From an uncultured Saprospiraceae bacterium (GTDB taxonomy: Bacteria; Bacteroidota; Bacteroidia; Chitinophagales; Saprospiraceae), in the NCBI GenBank assembly GCA_938010715.1, contig CALLVG010000232.1, forward strand, positions 1-57,032: a stretch of DNA of 57,032 nt, read 5' to 3'. Both the position numbers and the translations under genes were made by a program. Of the stretch, positions 48,180 to 56,945 are shown one piece after another. Below the pieces are notes generated by a model. That model worked only from the letters and a program-made list of their open reading frames with translations. It searched no databases and was not told the origin of the DNA. Within the stretch, counting starts at the first letter, position 1; each line of letters opens with the position of its first letter.

Positions 48180-48785
48180 ATGTTAAACAAACCGTACATT
48201 ATCCTAAAATATGCGAAATCAATTGATAATTATATCGGTCAAAAGAATAAATCTATCTGGCTAACAAATAATTATTCAAAACGATTAGTACATAAATGGA
48301 GAGCTGAAGTTGATGCAATTTTGGTGGGTTCAGGTACTGTTTCAGCTGACAATCCAAGGTTAACTACACGATTTGATTTTGGCAACAGCCCACTTCGTGT
48401 GGTGTTGGATGGTAGTTTAAATTTAGATGTTAATAATTCAGTTTTCAATAATGAAGCCAAGACTATTGTATTCACAAAAAAAAATAATAAACACCAAAAA
48501 ACTAAAGGTAAGATTAAATATTTTGTTCCTAATTGTTGGACATTGGAAGAAATGTTGTCTATCCTTCATAGAGAAGGCGTAAGATCCATTATTATAGAAG
48601 GTGGACAAAAGGTACTTAAGAGCTTCGTAGCAAATGATTTATGGGATGAAGCTAGGGTTCTTGTTGCTAAAAAAGAATTATTTATGGGGTTAAAAGCACC
48701 AGAACTTAATTGCAAACCGATGAAAGAATTTAGGCTTTTGACTGATACTGTTCAAATTTATAAAAACCCGAAATTGATTCGTTAA
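48180..48785 (+). CDS. ribD: RibD C-terminal (5-amino-6-(5-phosphoribosylamino)uracil reductase) domain protein, lacking the deaminase domain
   Basis: KPYIILKYAKSIDNYIG...DAILVGSGTVSADNPRLTTR...LRVVLDG...IIIEGG matches the reductase half only. Confidence 0.75.
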   Translation: MLNKPYIILKYAKSIDNYIGQKNKSIWLTNNYSKRLVHKWRAEVDAILVGSGTVSADNPRLTTRFDFGNSPLRVVLDGSLNLDVNNSVFNNEAKTIVFTKKNNKHQKTKGKIKYFVPNCWTLEEMLSILHREGVRSIIIEGGQKVLKSFVANDLWDEARVLVAKKELFMGLKAPELNCKPMKEFRLLTDTVQIYKNPKLIR

Positions 48786-48871
48786 ACTTGATTTAAACTT
48801 CGCCTTTGGGGTGCAGATTATTTGGACTTATGCCTCAAGTAACACTAAATTTGGAGATAATTTTTCAACAA

Positions 48872-49441
48872 ATGAGATTTATAGTTTTAGTGATTTTCGT
48901 TGGTTTAATTTCTCCTTTTGGCCTGTTAGCCCAAACGTCTTTAGAAGGTCAAGTTGATGAAATTTCAGTACCAGATAAAATTCTTTGGTTAAATTTAGAA
49001 GAAGCTGAAGATAAGTCTGCTGTCACCAACAGAAAAGTTATGTTATTTTTATTTACGGACTGGTGTGTTTGGTGCAAAAGAATGGAAGAAACAACTTTCA
49101 AAAACAATTCAATCGCAAATTACATCAATAGTAATTTCTATCCAGTGAAATTTGATGCGGAACAACAAAAAGCAATTGAATTTCAAAACAAAAACTATTC
49201 TTTTCAAGATGTTGAACCAAGAGGTGTGCATGAATTAGCAATGGAATTGATGGCTGGTCGAATTACTTACCCAACAATTGCCTTTTTTGATGAAGAATGG
49301 GAATTGATTCAATCAATCCCTAATTTTCACTCAGCAGATAAATTTGAACAAATTATCACCTATTTCGCCGAGGATTTCTTCAAAAAAACACCTTGGACTT
49401 CTTATCAAAAAAATTATGTTCCCATTGACAAAAGGGAATAA
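48872..49441 (+). CDS. Secreted thioredoxin-fold protein
   Basis: Signal peptide from ATG 48872 and a CxxC motif (DWCVWCKRME). Confidence 0.7.
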   Translation: MRFIVLVIFVGLISPFGLLAQTSLEGQVDEISVPDKILWLNLEEAEDKSAVTNRKVMLFLFTDWCVWCKRMEETTFKNNSIANYINSNFYPVKFDAEQQKAIEFQNKNYSFQDVEPRGVHELAMELMAGRITYPTIAFFDEEWELIQSIPNFHSADKFEQIITYFAEDFFKKTPWTSYQKNYVPIDKRE

Positions 49442-49442
49442 T

Positions 49443-51008
49443 CTACCAAAACCAACCTTTCTTTTTTCTGCTGCTTCTGCGTCCAGTTGTTTTGATACCA
49501 AGTACTCCAAGCAATCCTCTTGTCAATTCTCTGGCAACCGTTCTTCCTACTTGCCGGGTCAAAGTGCTATCTAAAACTTTTTCAGCAGTACTTTTTTCTT
49601 TTCTTTTTCTTCCACGACTTGTTTGTTTTTTCATCTTTTTTTGGTGCTCCTCCTTTCCCGCTTCTTCGATTTTTGCTTGTAACATTTCATAAGCACTCTC
49701 TCTGTCTATTTCTTCATTATATTTCTTAATGATGGTTGATTTATTTATCAGAGTATCGATTTCTGATTTGGAAAGGATATCCATTCGTGATTGAGGAGCA
49801 CGGAGCAAACAATGAACGAGCGGCGTTGGAGTTCCATTTTCATTCAAAACTGTAACTAATGCCTCTCCAATCCCCAGATTGGTCAATAATTCATCTGTTT
49901 CGTAGTACTCCGTTATGGGAAAATTTTGAGCAGATAATCGGATTGCCTTTCTATCTTTTGCTGTAAAAGCTCGCAAAGCATGTTGAATTTTCATACCTAA
50001 TTGACTCAAAACATCATCTGGAATATCGGTCGGATTCTGAGTGACGAAAAATATCCCAACTCCTTTCGAACGAATCAATTTTATGATTGACTCTATTTGA
50101 GCTTTGAGTGTTTTAGAAGCATTTTTAAAAACTAAATGTGCTTCATCAATAAATATTACCAGTTTAGGTTGGTCTAAATCTCCCTCCTCTGGAAAAGTAG
50201 AATAAATTTCTGCTAACAATTGCAACATGAAAGTTGAAAACAGCTTAGGTTTGTCTTGTAAATCAGTTAGACGAACAACAGAAACCATCCCTCTCCCCTG
50301 TTCATCAATTCGCATCAAATCATCTACATCAAACGACCTTTCACCAAAAAACTTATCGGCACCTTGTTGCTCTAATTCGATAATCTTACGCGTAATTGCT
50401 CCAACTGAGGCAGTCGAAACGCGACCATACTCTGCTTGAAATTCAGCCTTCCCCGCTCCCGTAATATATTGAAGGACTTTTCTAAAATCTTTTAAATCCA
50501 AAAGAGGCAATTCATGGTCATCACAATATTTGAAGGCGACAGCTACAACGCCTTCTTGTGTTTCGGTTAGATCCATTATTTTTGAAAAAAGGACAGGTCC
50601 AAATTCAGTAACAGTTCCTCTCAATCGACTTCCTTTTTCATCCGAAAGGGTTAAAAATTCAACAGGACTACCTGAAGCTGTAAAGGGAATTCCAATTTTA
50701 GTATGACGTTCATCAATTTTGGGATGCCCCTCTGCTGGAACAGCAATCCCACTCAAATCTCCCTTCATATCCATCATCAAAACTGGGACACTCTTTGCCG
50801 AAAGTTGCTCTGCTATTATTTGAAGTGTTTTAGTTTTCCCAGTACCCGTTGCGCCTGCAATTAGTCCGTGTCTATTTAAAGTTTTTAAAGGGATATTTAC
50901 CAAAGTATTGGTTTGACACTCCCCATCAAGCACTGCACCTCCTAGCGTAAAACTTAATCCGTCAAACGCATAGGCTTGAAGCATTCTCTCATTAAATTTA
51001 TCTTTCAT
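49443..51008 (-). CDS. DUF853 / HerA-like P-loop ATPase (YjgR family)
   Basis: Walker A GATGTGKT, Walker B VIFIDEAH and a basic C-terminal tail. Confidence 0.8.
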   Translation of the reverse strand: MKDKFNERMLQAYAFDGLSFTLGGAVLDGECQTNTLVNIPLKTLNRHGLIAGATGTGKTKTLQIIAEQLSAKSVPVLMMDMKGDLSGIAVPAEGHPKIDERHTKIGIPFTASGSPVEFLTLSDEKGSRLRGTVTEFGPVLFSKIMDLTETQEGVVAVAFKYCDDHELPLLDLKDFRKVLQYITGAGKAEFQAEYGRVSTASVGAITRKIIELEQQGADKFFGERSFDVDDLMRIDEQGRGMVSVVRLTDLQDKPKLFSTFMLQLLAEIYSTFPEEGDLDQPKLVIFIDEAHLVFKNASKTLKAQIESIIKLIRSKGVGIFFVTQNPTDIPDDVLSQLGMKIQHALRAFTAKDRKAIRLSAQNFPITEYYETDELLTNLGIGEALVTVLNENGTPTPLVHCLLRAPQSRMDILSKSEIDTLINKSTIIKKYNEEIDRESAYEMLQAKIEEAGKEEHQKKMKKQTSRGRKRKEKSTAEKVLDSTLTRQVGRTVARELTRGLLGVLGIKTTGRRSSRKKKGWFW

Positions 51009-51138
51009 GTTTACTTTTTTAACAAAGAAGGTGTTTTAAAGATTCATTGAATGGCTGCAATTGGCAAATTGCATCTTTCGCAAAATCATAAATTATTAAA
51101 AAACCTCAAACCGTTTTGGACTGGTCGCCAAAATAAAA

Positions 51139-51171
51139 AGAGGTTTCACGATATTACAACGCGAAACCTCT
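51139..51171 (-). terminator. Terminator after the rpmB-rpmG-DUF4295 unit (bidirectional shape)
   Basis: AGAGGTTTC/GAAACCTCT stem flanked by an A-run and a T-run. Confidence 0.7.
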
Positions 51172-51202
51172 TTTTTTGAGCAAAATATGTTTTTAACGAG
51201 AA

Positions 51203-51379
51203 TTACTTCTTGTCAGCCATATATTCTTTCAACTTATCTTTGTGAATCATCACCTCTTTGTAGGTATATTTACCTGTTTCAGGATCTTTTACACTTTTGA
51301 CAACTTTGATAAAATCACGACCCGAACCTGCGTTAGCCGCACGTTTTCCTACTCTGGAGTTTTTAGATACTTTAGCCAT
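51203..51379 (-). CDS. DUF4295 family small protein (58 aa; not in the supplied ORF track)
   Basis: Hand translation: MAKVSKNSRVGKRAANAGSGRDFIKVVKSVKDPETGKYTYKEVMIHKDKLKEYMADKK. Its position just after rpmG is typical of Bacteroidota. Confidence 0.75.
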   Translation of the reverse strand: MAKVSKNSRVGKRAANAGSGRDFIKVVKSVKDPETGKYTYKEVMIHKDKLKEYMADKK

Positions 51380-51405
51380 AACAAATTAATTTGTCAGTGA
51401 AATAA

Positions 51406-51594
51406 TTATTTAATTTCTTTATGAACCGTCATTTTCTTCAAAATTGAGTTGTATTTCTTCAACTCTAATCTGTCAGGTGTATTTTTACGGTTCTTCTGTG
51501 TTACATATCGAGAAGTACCTGGTTTACCACTTTTTTTGTGTTCAGTACATTCAAGAATAATCTGGAATCTATTGCCTTTACTTTTCTTGGCCAT
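51406..51594 (-). CDS. rpmG: 50S ribosomal protein L33
   Basis: MAKKSKGNR...LECTEHK...[19 protein letters not shown]. Confidence 0.95.
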   Translation of the reverse strand: MAKKSKGNRFQIILECTEHKKSGKPGTSRYVTQKNRKNTPDRLELKKYNSILKKMTVHKEIK

Positions 51595-51616
51595 AATTCA
51601 AGTTAATTTTATAAGA

Positions 51617-51865
51617 TTAAAGTTTAACACCTACATCAATGCCTTTTCTTTTCAAATCAGTAAGATAGGCATGAATACCTAATTTATTGATATTGCGGAT
51701 TGCAGATGTAGATATCTTTAAAGTGACCCATTCCTTTGTTTCAGGAATAAAAAATCGTTTCTTCTGAATATTCGGAACAAAACGACGCTTGGTCTTTCTA
51801 TTCGAGTGAGAAACGTTGTTACCGGTAATCGGCTTCTTTCCTGTCAATTGACAAACTCTAGACAT
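51617..51865 (-). CDS. rpmB: 50S ribosomal protein L28
   Basis: [32 protein letters not shown]. The ATG at 51865 is preferred because the upstream extension runs into the tRNA. Confidence 0.95.
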   Translation of the reverse strand: MSRVCQLTGKKPITGNNVSHSNRKTKRRFVPNIQKKRFFIPETKEWVTLKISTSAIRNINKLGIHAYLTDLKRKGIDVGVKL

Positions 51866-51889
51866 GATTCTAAATTTAAAAGTATAATG

Positions 51890-51963
51890 TGACCCGGGCA
51901 GGGTTCGAACCTGCAACCTCCTGATCCGTAGTCAGGTACTCTATCCAGTTGAGCTACCAGGCC
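51890..51963 (-). tRNA. tRNA-Arg (anticodon ACG)
   Basis: Hand-folded cloverleaf: acceptor GGCCTGG/CCGGGTC (two G-U pairs), D arm GCTC..GAGT, anticodon arm CCTGA-CTACGGA-TCAGG, T arm GCAGG-TTCGAAC-CCTGC. CCA is not encoded. Confidence 0.9.
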
Positions 51964-52014
51964 AAAAGTGCAAAAAACTTACCAAAACAGGGATACCCCC
52001 TGTTTAAAGCGGCG

Positions 52015-52022
52015 CAAAGATA
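52015..52022 (-). promoter_or_regulatory. Bacteroidota -7 box TATCTTTG(CG) upstream of tRNA-Arg/rpmB
   Basis: Exact TAnnTTTG on the minus strand, 52 nt upstream of the tRNA 5' end. Confidence 0.55.
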
Positions 52023-52147
52023 GATCAAGGAAATACCAAATTCAAAATTTTAGGACAATAAAATATTTCTTCGGAAAAATAAATATTTTTCGACGTCCTG
52101 CAATTGAAATTACAATTTACAGCTATATCAGCAAATACGTGTTGAAT

Positions 52148-53761
52148 CTATTGAGTATTCGTAATTTTCACAACAGGTCGTGTTTCAATTCTATTTTCTT
52201 TTATAAATTGTAAAAAGTAGATTCCTGATTGTAAAAAACTAAAGTCAAAGTCCATTGCTCCACCAATATCTGGATTTGGAGTAAATGACTCATCGTAAAC
52301 CATTTTACCCATTGCATCGTAAACTCTAATCTGAAATTCCTCCAAATCTGGGGTAGAATATAAAATTTTAACCTTATCTGTAGTTGGGTTCGGATACAAA
52401 TTCGAAATTTCAAAATCGCCTAAAAGACTAACACAATAGTTATCTATTAAATTTTTGCTATTTGTGATATCCAACCTGCCTCCAGAGGATAATTTAGTCT
52501 CAAAGCCAGCAATTTTTTCGGACCCGTCTAAAATAAATTCTTTCATTCTAAGTGCTGCTGCTGCTGGAGTGTTTTTTGCCTCAGATATCAACTTGTTGCA
52601 ATCTAAACTATAGAGCAAAGCAACTGCACCAGAGACATGAGGAGTGGACATTGAAGTTCCATTTTCTGACTTTTCATCTCCAATCCACAAAACTGGAATC
52701 TCTTGCCCTGGAGCTGCCAAATCTATACTTTCTCTTCCAAAACCAGAATCTTTTAATCTGTCTTGCCGATCGGTATTGGCAACTGTGATTAAAAAATCAC
52801 TTTCGCAAGAAGTAGGGATGTCACCTATCAAATCAATATTGGCAGATGAATTAACGGTAGCTGCGGCCGACAATATCCCTTCTGTTCCTAAAGAATCATA
52901 GGCCATATTGAATTCTATAGCGTCTTCACAACGCCCGTTATCACCAAATGAGGAATTCGTTACTACAACAAAAGCACCTTCTGCACCATTTGTTTCTCGA
53001 TATTTTTTACGCTGGTCATAGGCGTAGTAATAGGCTGAATAAACTGAAGTGTAGGTGAATACTTCAAAAATCATAATTTTTACATTCCAATTTATGCCTG
53101 CATGAAATTGACCGTTATCTCCTTCCGCTCCAACAATACCGCACACTGCTGTACCATGCCCTGCTTCTGTAAATTCTGAAGAACTTCCTTTATAGTTGTA
53201 ACCATGGATGTCATCCACTAATCCGTTATTATCATTATCTATTCCATCCCCTGCAATTTCACCTTTATTGACCCATAAATTATTGACAATATCAGGGTGA
53301 TCGGTATCAAACCCACTGTCAATTATCGCAACAACAATTTCATCCCCTTGAATTGTAGTCCCGCCTGTGGTTACATCCCATACTTCTTCTACATTTACCT
53401 TATTTAATCCCCAATGTGATGAAAAACTTGGATCGTTGGGTTCAATTCTTGGCGTTACAAATCTATCTGCAAAAGCATGCGCTACCCCTTTTTGCCTATT
53501 TAAAACATCGGCTGCATTCAAAACATTGGTTGAAAAAGGAATCAAGTTGAATGAAGCCAAATTCCAATTAGAAATAACCTCCTTCTTCAATTCAATTTGA
53601 AACGATGAATTTTGAATGTTAAATTTTTCGGCAAATTTAACATAATCTGTTTTTGTATTGAATCGAATTGCGATTTCTCCTTTCACGTAATCAAGTTCAG
53701 AGCTTTGAGCATAAAGAAAAGTGGAACCAGCAAAAAATAGTAAGAATAGCGCTTTTTTCAT
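52148..53761 (-). CDS. Secreted S8 (subtilisin-family) peptidase with T9SS C-terminal sorting domain
   Basis: Asp/His/Ser blocks VAIIDSG, GHGTAVCG and GTSMSTPHVSG. CTD-like segment NLYPNPTTDKVKI...GIYFLQF. Confidence 0.88.
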   Translation of the reverse strand: MKKALFLLFFAGSTFLYAQSSELDYVKGEIAIRFNTKTDYVKFAEKFNIQNSSFQIELKKEVISNWNLASFNLIPFSTNVLNAADVLNRQKGVAHAFADRFVTPRIEPNDPSFSSHWGLNKVNVEEVWDVTTGGTTIQGDEIVVAIIDSGFDTDHPDIVNNLWVNKGEIAGDGIDNDNNGLVDDIHGYNYKGSSSEFTEAGHGTAVCGIVGAEGDNGQFHAGINWNVKIMIFEVFTYTSVYSAYYYAYDQRKKYRETNGAEGAFVVVTNSSFGDNGRCEDAIEFNMAYDSLGTEGILSAAATVNSSANIDLIGDIPTSCESDFLITVANTDRQDRLKDSGFGRESIDLAAPGQEIPVLWIGDEKSENGTSMSTPHVSGAVALLYSLDCNKLISEAKNTPAAAALRMKEFILDGSEKIAGFETKLSSGGRLDITNSKNLIDNYCVSLLGDFEISNLYPNPTTDKVKILYSTPDLEEFQIRVYDAMGKMVYDESFTPNPDIGGAMDFDFSFLQSGIYFLQFIKENRIETRPVVKITNTQ

Positions 53762-53789
53762 GGATTAATTTTTTTTTATAGGGATATTA

Positions 53790-53846
53790 AGTAGCGCGGC
53801 ATAAATAATCGACACATTTTGTGACAAACATTTTTTCCGCTACTTT
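53790..53846. repeat. Left-arm-only copy of the AGTAG-type element, 29 nt upstream of the S8 peptidase start
   Basis: TA followed by AGTAGCGCGGCATAAATAATCGACACATTTTGTGACAAACATTTTTTCCGCTACTTT. It aligns with 21098..21152. Confidence 0.7.
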
Positions 53847-53930
53847 AGATAATTAGAGTGTTTAAGTTTCATCTTCTACTAAATGTAAATTTCACCAAAA
53901 TGTTGCATCCCAAATTTGATTTAGGAAATA

Positions 53931-54728
53931 TTAGTATGCTTTTGACAATTCTGAAAAATATGGAATCGCTTTTTTCATGCGACTGCCATACCATGAGAAA
54001 ATTTCTCCATCAACTACTTTAATTGAGGTGTTTGGTAAGTTTTCTCTAAATTCCTCAATGTGTTTCTCTTTGAAAGGAAATGGTTCTGACGACAAAAGAA
54101 GAACCTCTATTTCCAAAGAGAGAATCTCTTCAATAGAGGTGGTTGGGTATCTATTTTGATTATTAAAAACATTATCAAAACCAGCTTTTTTGAGCATTGA
54201 ATTAATAAAGGTATCTCCGCCAACCACCATTAGTGGATCTTTCCAAATGACATAAGCACATTTAGTTCTGGATTCTATTTGAAAATTATAGAAACCAACT
54301 TGAATCTCGTTTTTAATTTTTGATGCCAAATCAATTTTATTAACCACTTCTCCAATTGATGTAATCATTTCTAAAGCATCTTCAATGGTTTTTATATCAC
54401 TCGTCCAAACCGGAATTGATTGTTTAAGTTTTTCAACTTGAAGTTTATCGTTTTCCTCTTTGTTTGCAAAAATCAAATCTGGTTTCAATTCTAAAATCTG
54501 ATTGACTTTCAAATTTTTTGTACCTCCAATTCTTGTTTTAGAACGAAACCACTCATTGGGGTGAATACAAAATTTTGTTATTCCAATCACCTCCTTTTCC
54601 AAACCTAAATCGAAGAGTAATTCAGTTTGGGAAGGAACAATTGAAATAATTCTTTTTGGTGGAAAATTGATTACTGACGACTCACCGATTTGATCTTTGA
54701 AAATCTTTTTAATACTTGCTTTTGCCAT
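53931..54728 (-). CDS. BtuF/FhuD-like (helical-backbone) periplasmic binding protein
   Basis: PKRIISIVPSQTELLFDLGL...VIGIT pattern of cobalamin/siderophore binding proteins. Confidence 0.7.
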   Translation of the reverse strand: MAKASIKKIFKDQIGESSVINFPPKRIISIVPSQTELLFDLGLEKEVIGITKFCIHPNEWFRSKTRIGGTKNLKVNQILELKPDLIFANKEENDKLQVEKLKQSIPVWTSDIKTIEDALEMITSIGEVVNKIDLASKIKNEIQVGFYNFQIESRTKCAYVIWKDPLMVVGGDTFINSMLKKAGFDNVFNNQNRYPTTSIEEILSLEIEVLLLSSEPFPFKEKHIEEFRENLPNTSIKVVDGEIFSWYGSRMKKAIPYFSELSKAY

Positions 54729-55320
54729 ATTCTTTTTCTCCAGCAGGTATTGCTAATTTTAAATGGTTTTCTCTTGGTGGAATTGGACAACTATAGCCAT
54801 CACTGTATGCGCACCAAGGATTGTATGCTTTATTGAAATCAAGGAGCATTTTACCCTCCTTAATATCTTTTTTATTTATATCAATATATCGACCACCACC
54901 ATAACTTCCATTCGCATTAGTTTCATCTTTGAATGGTAAAAACAAATAGTCGCGGTATTGTGGAGCAACTCTTAATTTCAGATTTTGATAAACTGCTAAT
55001 TTGTAATCTTTACCATCAATCGAAAATTTAAACCACCCATATTGCACGTAAGGTTTTTTAATTCCACTAAATGTTGGCATATCAAATGGTTTGGCTCTTG
55101 GTGTCTTTTCAAAAGTCGCTTCAACGCAATATTTCTTATTAGCATCAAAAAATTTGACATAAGAAAGTGCCTCCTCATCTTTTAAAGGAGCACGTTCGTT
55201 TGCCAAAAAGTCCTTTAAATATTTGACTCTAAATGCTTCAATGGAATTATCGAAATTATCCTGAGCCAAAAGAAAAGTGAAAGATGAAAATATTAAAACA
55301 ATCAAAATTATGATTCTCAT
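54709..55320 (-). CDS. DUF1684 domain-containing protein
   Basis: Signal peptide and the C-terminal YNPWCAY...CPIPPRENHL..IPAGEK motif. Confidence 0.75.
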   Translation of the reverse strand: MRIIILIVLIFSSFTFLLAQDNFDNSIEAFRVKYLKDFLANERAPLKDEEALSYVKFFDANKKYCVEATFEKTPRAKPFDMPTFSGIKKPYVQYGWFKFSIDGKDYKLAVYQNLKLRVAPQYRDYLFLPFKDETNANGSYGGGRYIDINKKDIKEGKMLLDFNKAYNPWCAYSDGYSCPIPPRENHLKLAIPAGEKEYGKSKY

Positions 55321-55419
55321 ACAGATAGATTTTTTTCTTAGAAAGTAACGCCAAAATTGAGACGTTTCAAAGAAGGTAAAGATACTTTGATTCTGGCTTT
55401 AAAAACAATAAATGAATAC

Positions 55420-55427
55420 TACCTTTG
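55420..55427 (+). promoter_or_regulatory. Bacteroidota -7 box TACCTTTG(CG) upstream of purB
   Basis: Exact TAnnTTTG, 34 nt before ATG 55461. Confidence 0.6.
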
Positions 55428-55460
55428 CGTTTTTTTTCTACAACTTCTAAGAGAAATATC

Positions 55461-56804
55461 ATGAATTTGACACCACTTACTGCGATTGCACCAATTGATG
55501 GACGTTATCATTCTAAAACGGAATCCCTTTCTGCCTACTTTTCAGAGTATGCTTTGATAAAATATAGAGTTATCGTTGAGCTTGAATATTTCAAAGCATT
55601 GGTTGATTTAGGTATTCCTCAGTTGAAAAATGTGGACAAAGCGGTTTTGCCAAAGTTGGATGCAATTGTTCAAAATTTCTCTCAAGAGGATGCGCAATCC
55701 ATCAAAACAATTGAGCGAACGACCAATCATGATGTAAAAGCGGTAGAGTATTTTATTAAAGAACAATTTGATAAAATCGGTTTGAGGGAATGGAAAGAGT
55801 TTATTCATTTTGGATTGACCTCACAAGACATTAATAATACCGCAACTCCTTTGATGATTAAAGACTCCTTCCAAAAGGTGTATTTGCCATTTTTTGAAGA
55901 AATTATTTCTGATTTGGAAGGGTTGGCGAGTGAATGGGCAGATATCCCAATGTTAGCTCGGACGCACGGGCAACCGGCCTCTCCTACCCGATTAGGAAAG
56001 GAGTTTGGGGTTTTCATTCAGCGATTGAAAGTTCAAATTGAACAGGTCAAGGCAGTGCCTTTTTCAGCAAAATTTGGAGGCGCAACTGGTAATTTCAATG
56101 CACATTTTTTGACTTACCCAGAAATTGAATGGCATACTTTCGGAAATCAATTTGTTGAAAATTATTTAGGCTTGAGCCGTTCTCATCCGACTACTCAGAT
56201 TGAGCATTACGATAATTTAGCTGCGCTTTTTCATGGATTGAGCCGTATTAATACGATTTTAATTGACTTTTGCCGAGACATTTGGACTTATATCTCAATG
56301 GATTATTTCAAACAAAAAGTCATCAAAAATGAGGTGGGTTCTTCAGCAATGCCTCATAAAGTAAATCCGATTGATTTTGAAAATGCAGAAGGCAATTTAG
56401 GGCTTGCTAATGCCATTTTTGGACACCTTTCGGAGAAATTACCGATTTCCAGATTGCAACGTGATTTGACGGATAGTACTGTTTTGAGAAATGTTGGTGT
56501 CCCGATGGCGCATACCTTAATCGCTTTCACTTCTATTAAAAAAGGAATGAGCAAATTATTGCTCAATGAGACAAAAATCCATGCTGATTTGGAAGCCAAT
56601 TGGATGGTTGTTGCAGAAGGCATTCAAAATATTCTGAGAAGAGAAGGATTCCCAAAACCATACGAAGCATTGAAAGCTCTGACGAGAGGAAATTCTACCA
56701 TCAATGCATCAGTGATTTCAGATTTTATTGATGGCTTAGATGTTTCCGATGCGATTAAAAATGAGTTGAAGTTGGTGACTCCTCAAAATTATGTTGGTCG
56801 GTAA
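55461..56804 (+). CDS. purB: Adenylosuccinate lyase
   Basis: LTAIAPIDGRY..., the fumarate-lyase signature GSSAMPHKVNP and the long (~450 aa) PurB form. ATG 55461 preferred to the upstream start at 55425. Confidence 0.95.
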   Translation: MNLTPLTAIAPIDGRYHSKTESLSAYFSEYALIKYRVIVELEYFKALVDLGIPQLKNVDKAVLPKLDAIVQNFSQEDAQSIKTIERTTNHDVKAVEYFIKEQFDKIGLREWKEFIHFGLTSQDINNTATPLMIKDSFQKVYLPFFEEIISDLEGLASEWADIPMLARTHGQPASPTRLGKEFGVFIQRLKVQIEQVKAVPFSAKFGGATGNFNAHFLTYPEIEWHTFGNQFVENYLGLSRSHPTTQIEHYDNLAALFHGLSRINTILIDFCRDIWTYISMDYFKQKVIKNEVGSSAMPHKVNPIDFENAEGNLGLANAIFGHLSEKLPISRLQRDLTDSTVLRNVGVPMAHTLIAFTSIKKGMSKLLLNETKIHADLEANWMVVAEGIQNILRREGFPKPYEALKALTRGNSTINASVISDFIDGLDVSDAIKNELKLVTPQNYVGR

Positions 56805-56829
56805 CGAATGTCGCTTCACTAAGTAACGT

Positions 56830-56945
56830 GGAGCGATGCTCCGAGAATGCCGCTTGGGTTCCACGCATTTAGCGACAATTTTGATTTGTTCCAAATCATT
56901 GCGGAGCACCGCTACGCATTACGTGAATTGCGGAGCACCGCTCCG
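56830..56945. repeat. GC-rich mini-palindromes and a 16-nt direct repeat downstream of purB
   Basis: GGAGC-GAT-GCTCC (56830-56842); CGGAGC-ACC-GCTCCG (56931-56945); ATTGCGGAGCACCGCT occurs twice (56898 and 56927). Confidence 0.65.

Noticed and set aside
51890-52147. tRNA-Arg as an integration hotspot or genomic-island boundary
   Set aside because: No integrase gene, and no direct repeat of the tRNA 3' end nearby. Flanking genes are ribosomal proteins and a secreted peptidase.
55321-55420. Possible cobalamin riboswitch upstream of the DUF1684 / BtuF-like pair (likewise 7184-7312 upstream of the TonB-dependent receptor)
   Set aside because: The regions are only ~100-130 nt, AT-rich, and show no extended conserved structured core by eye.
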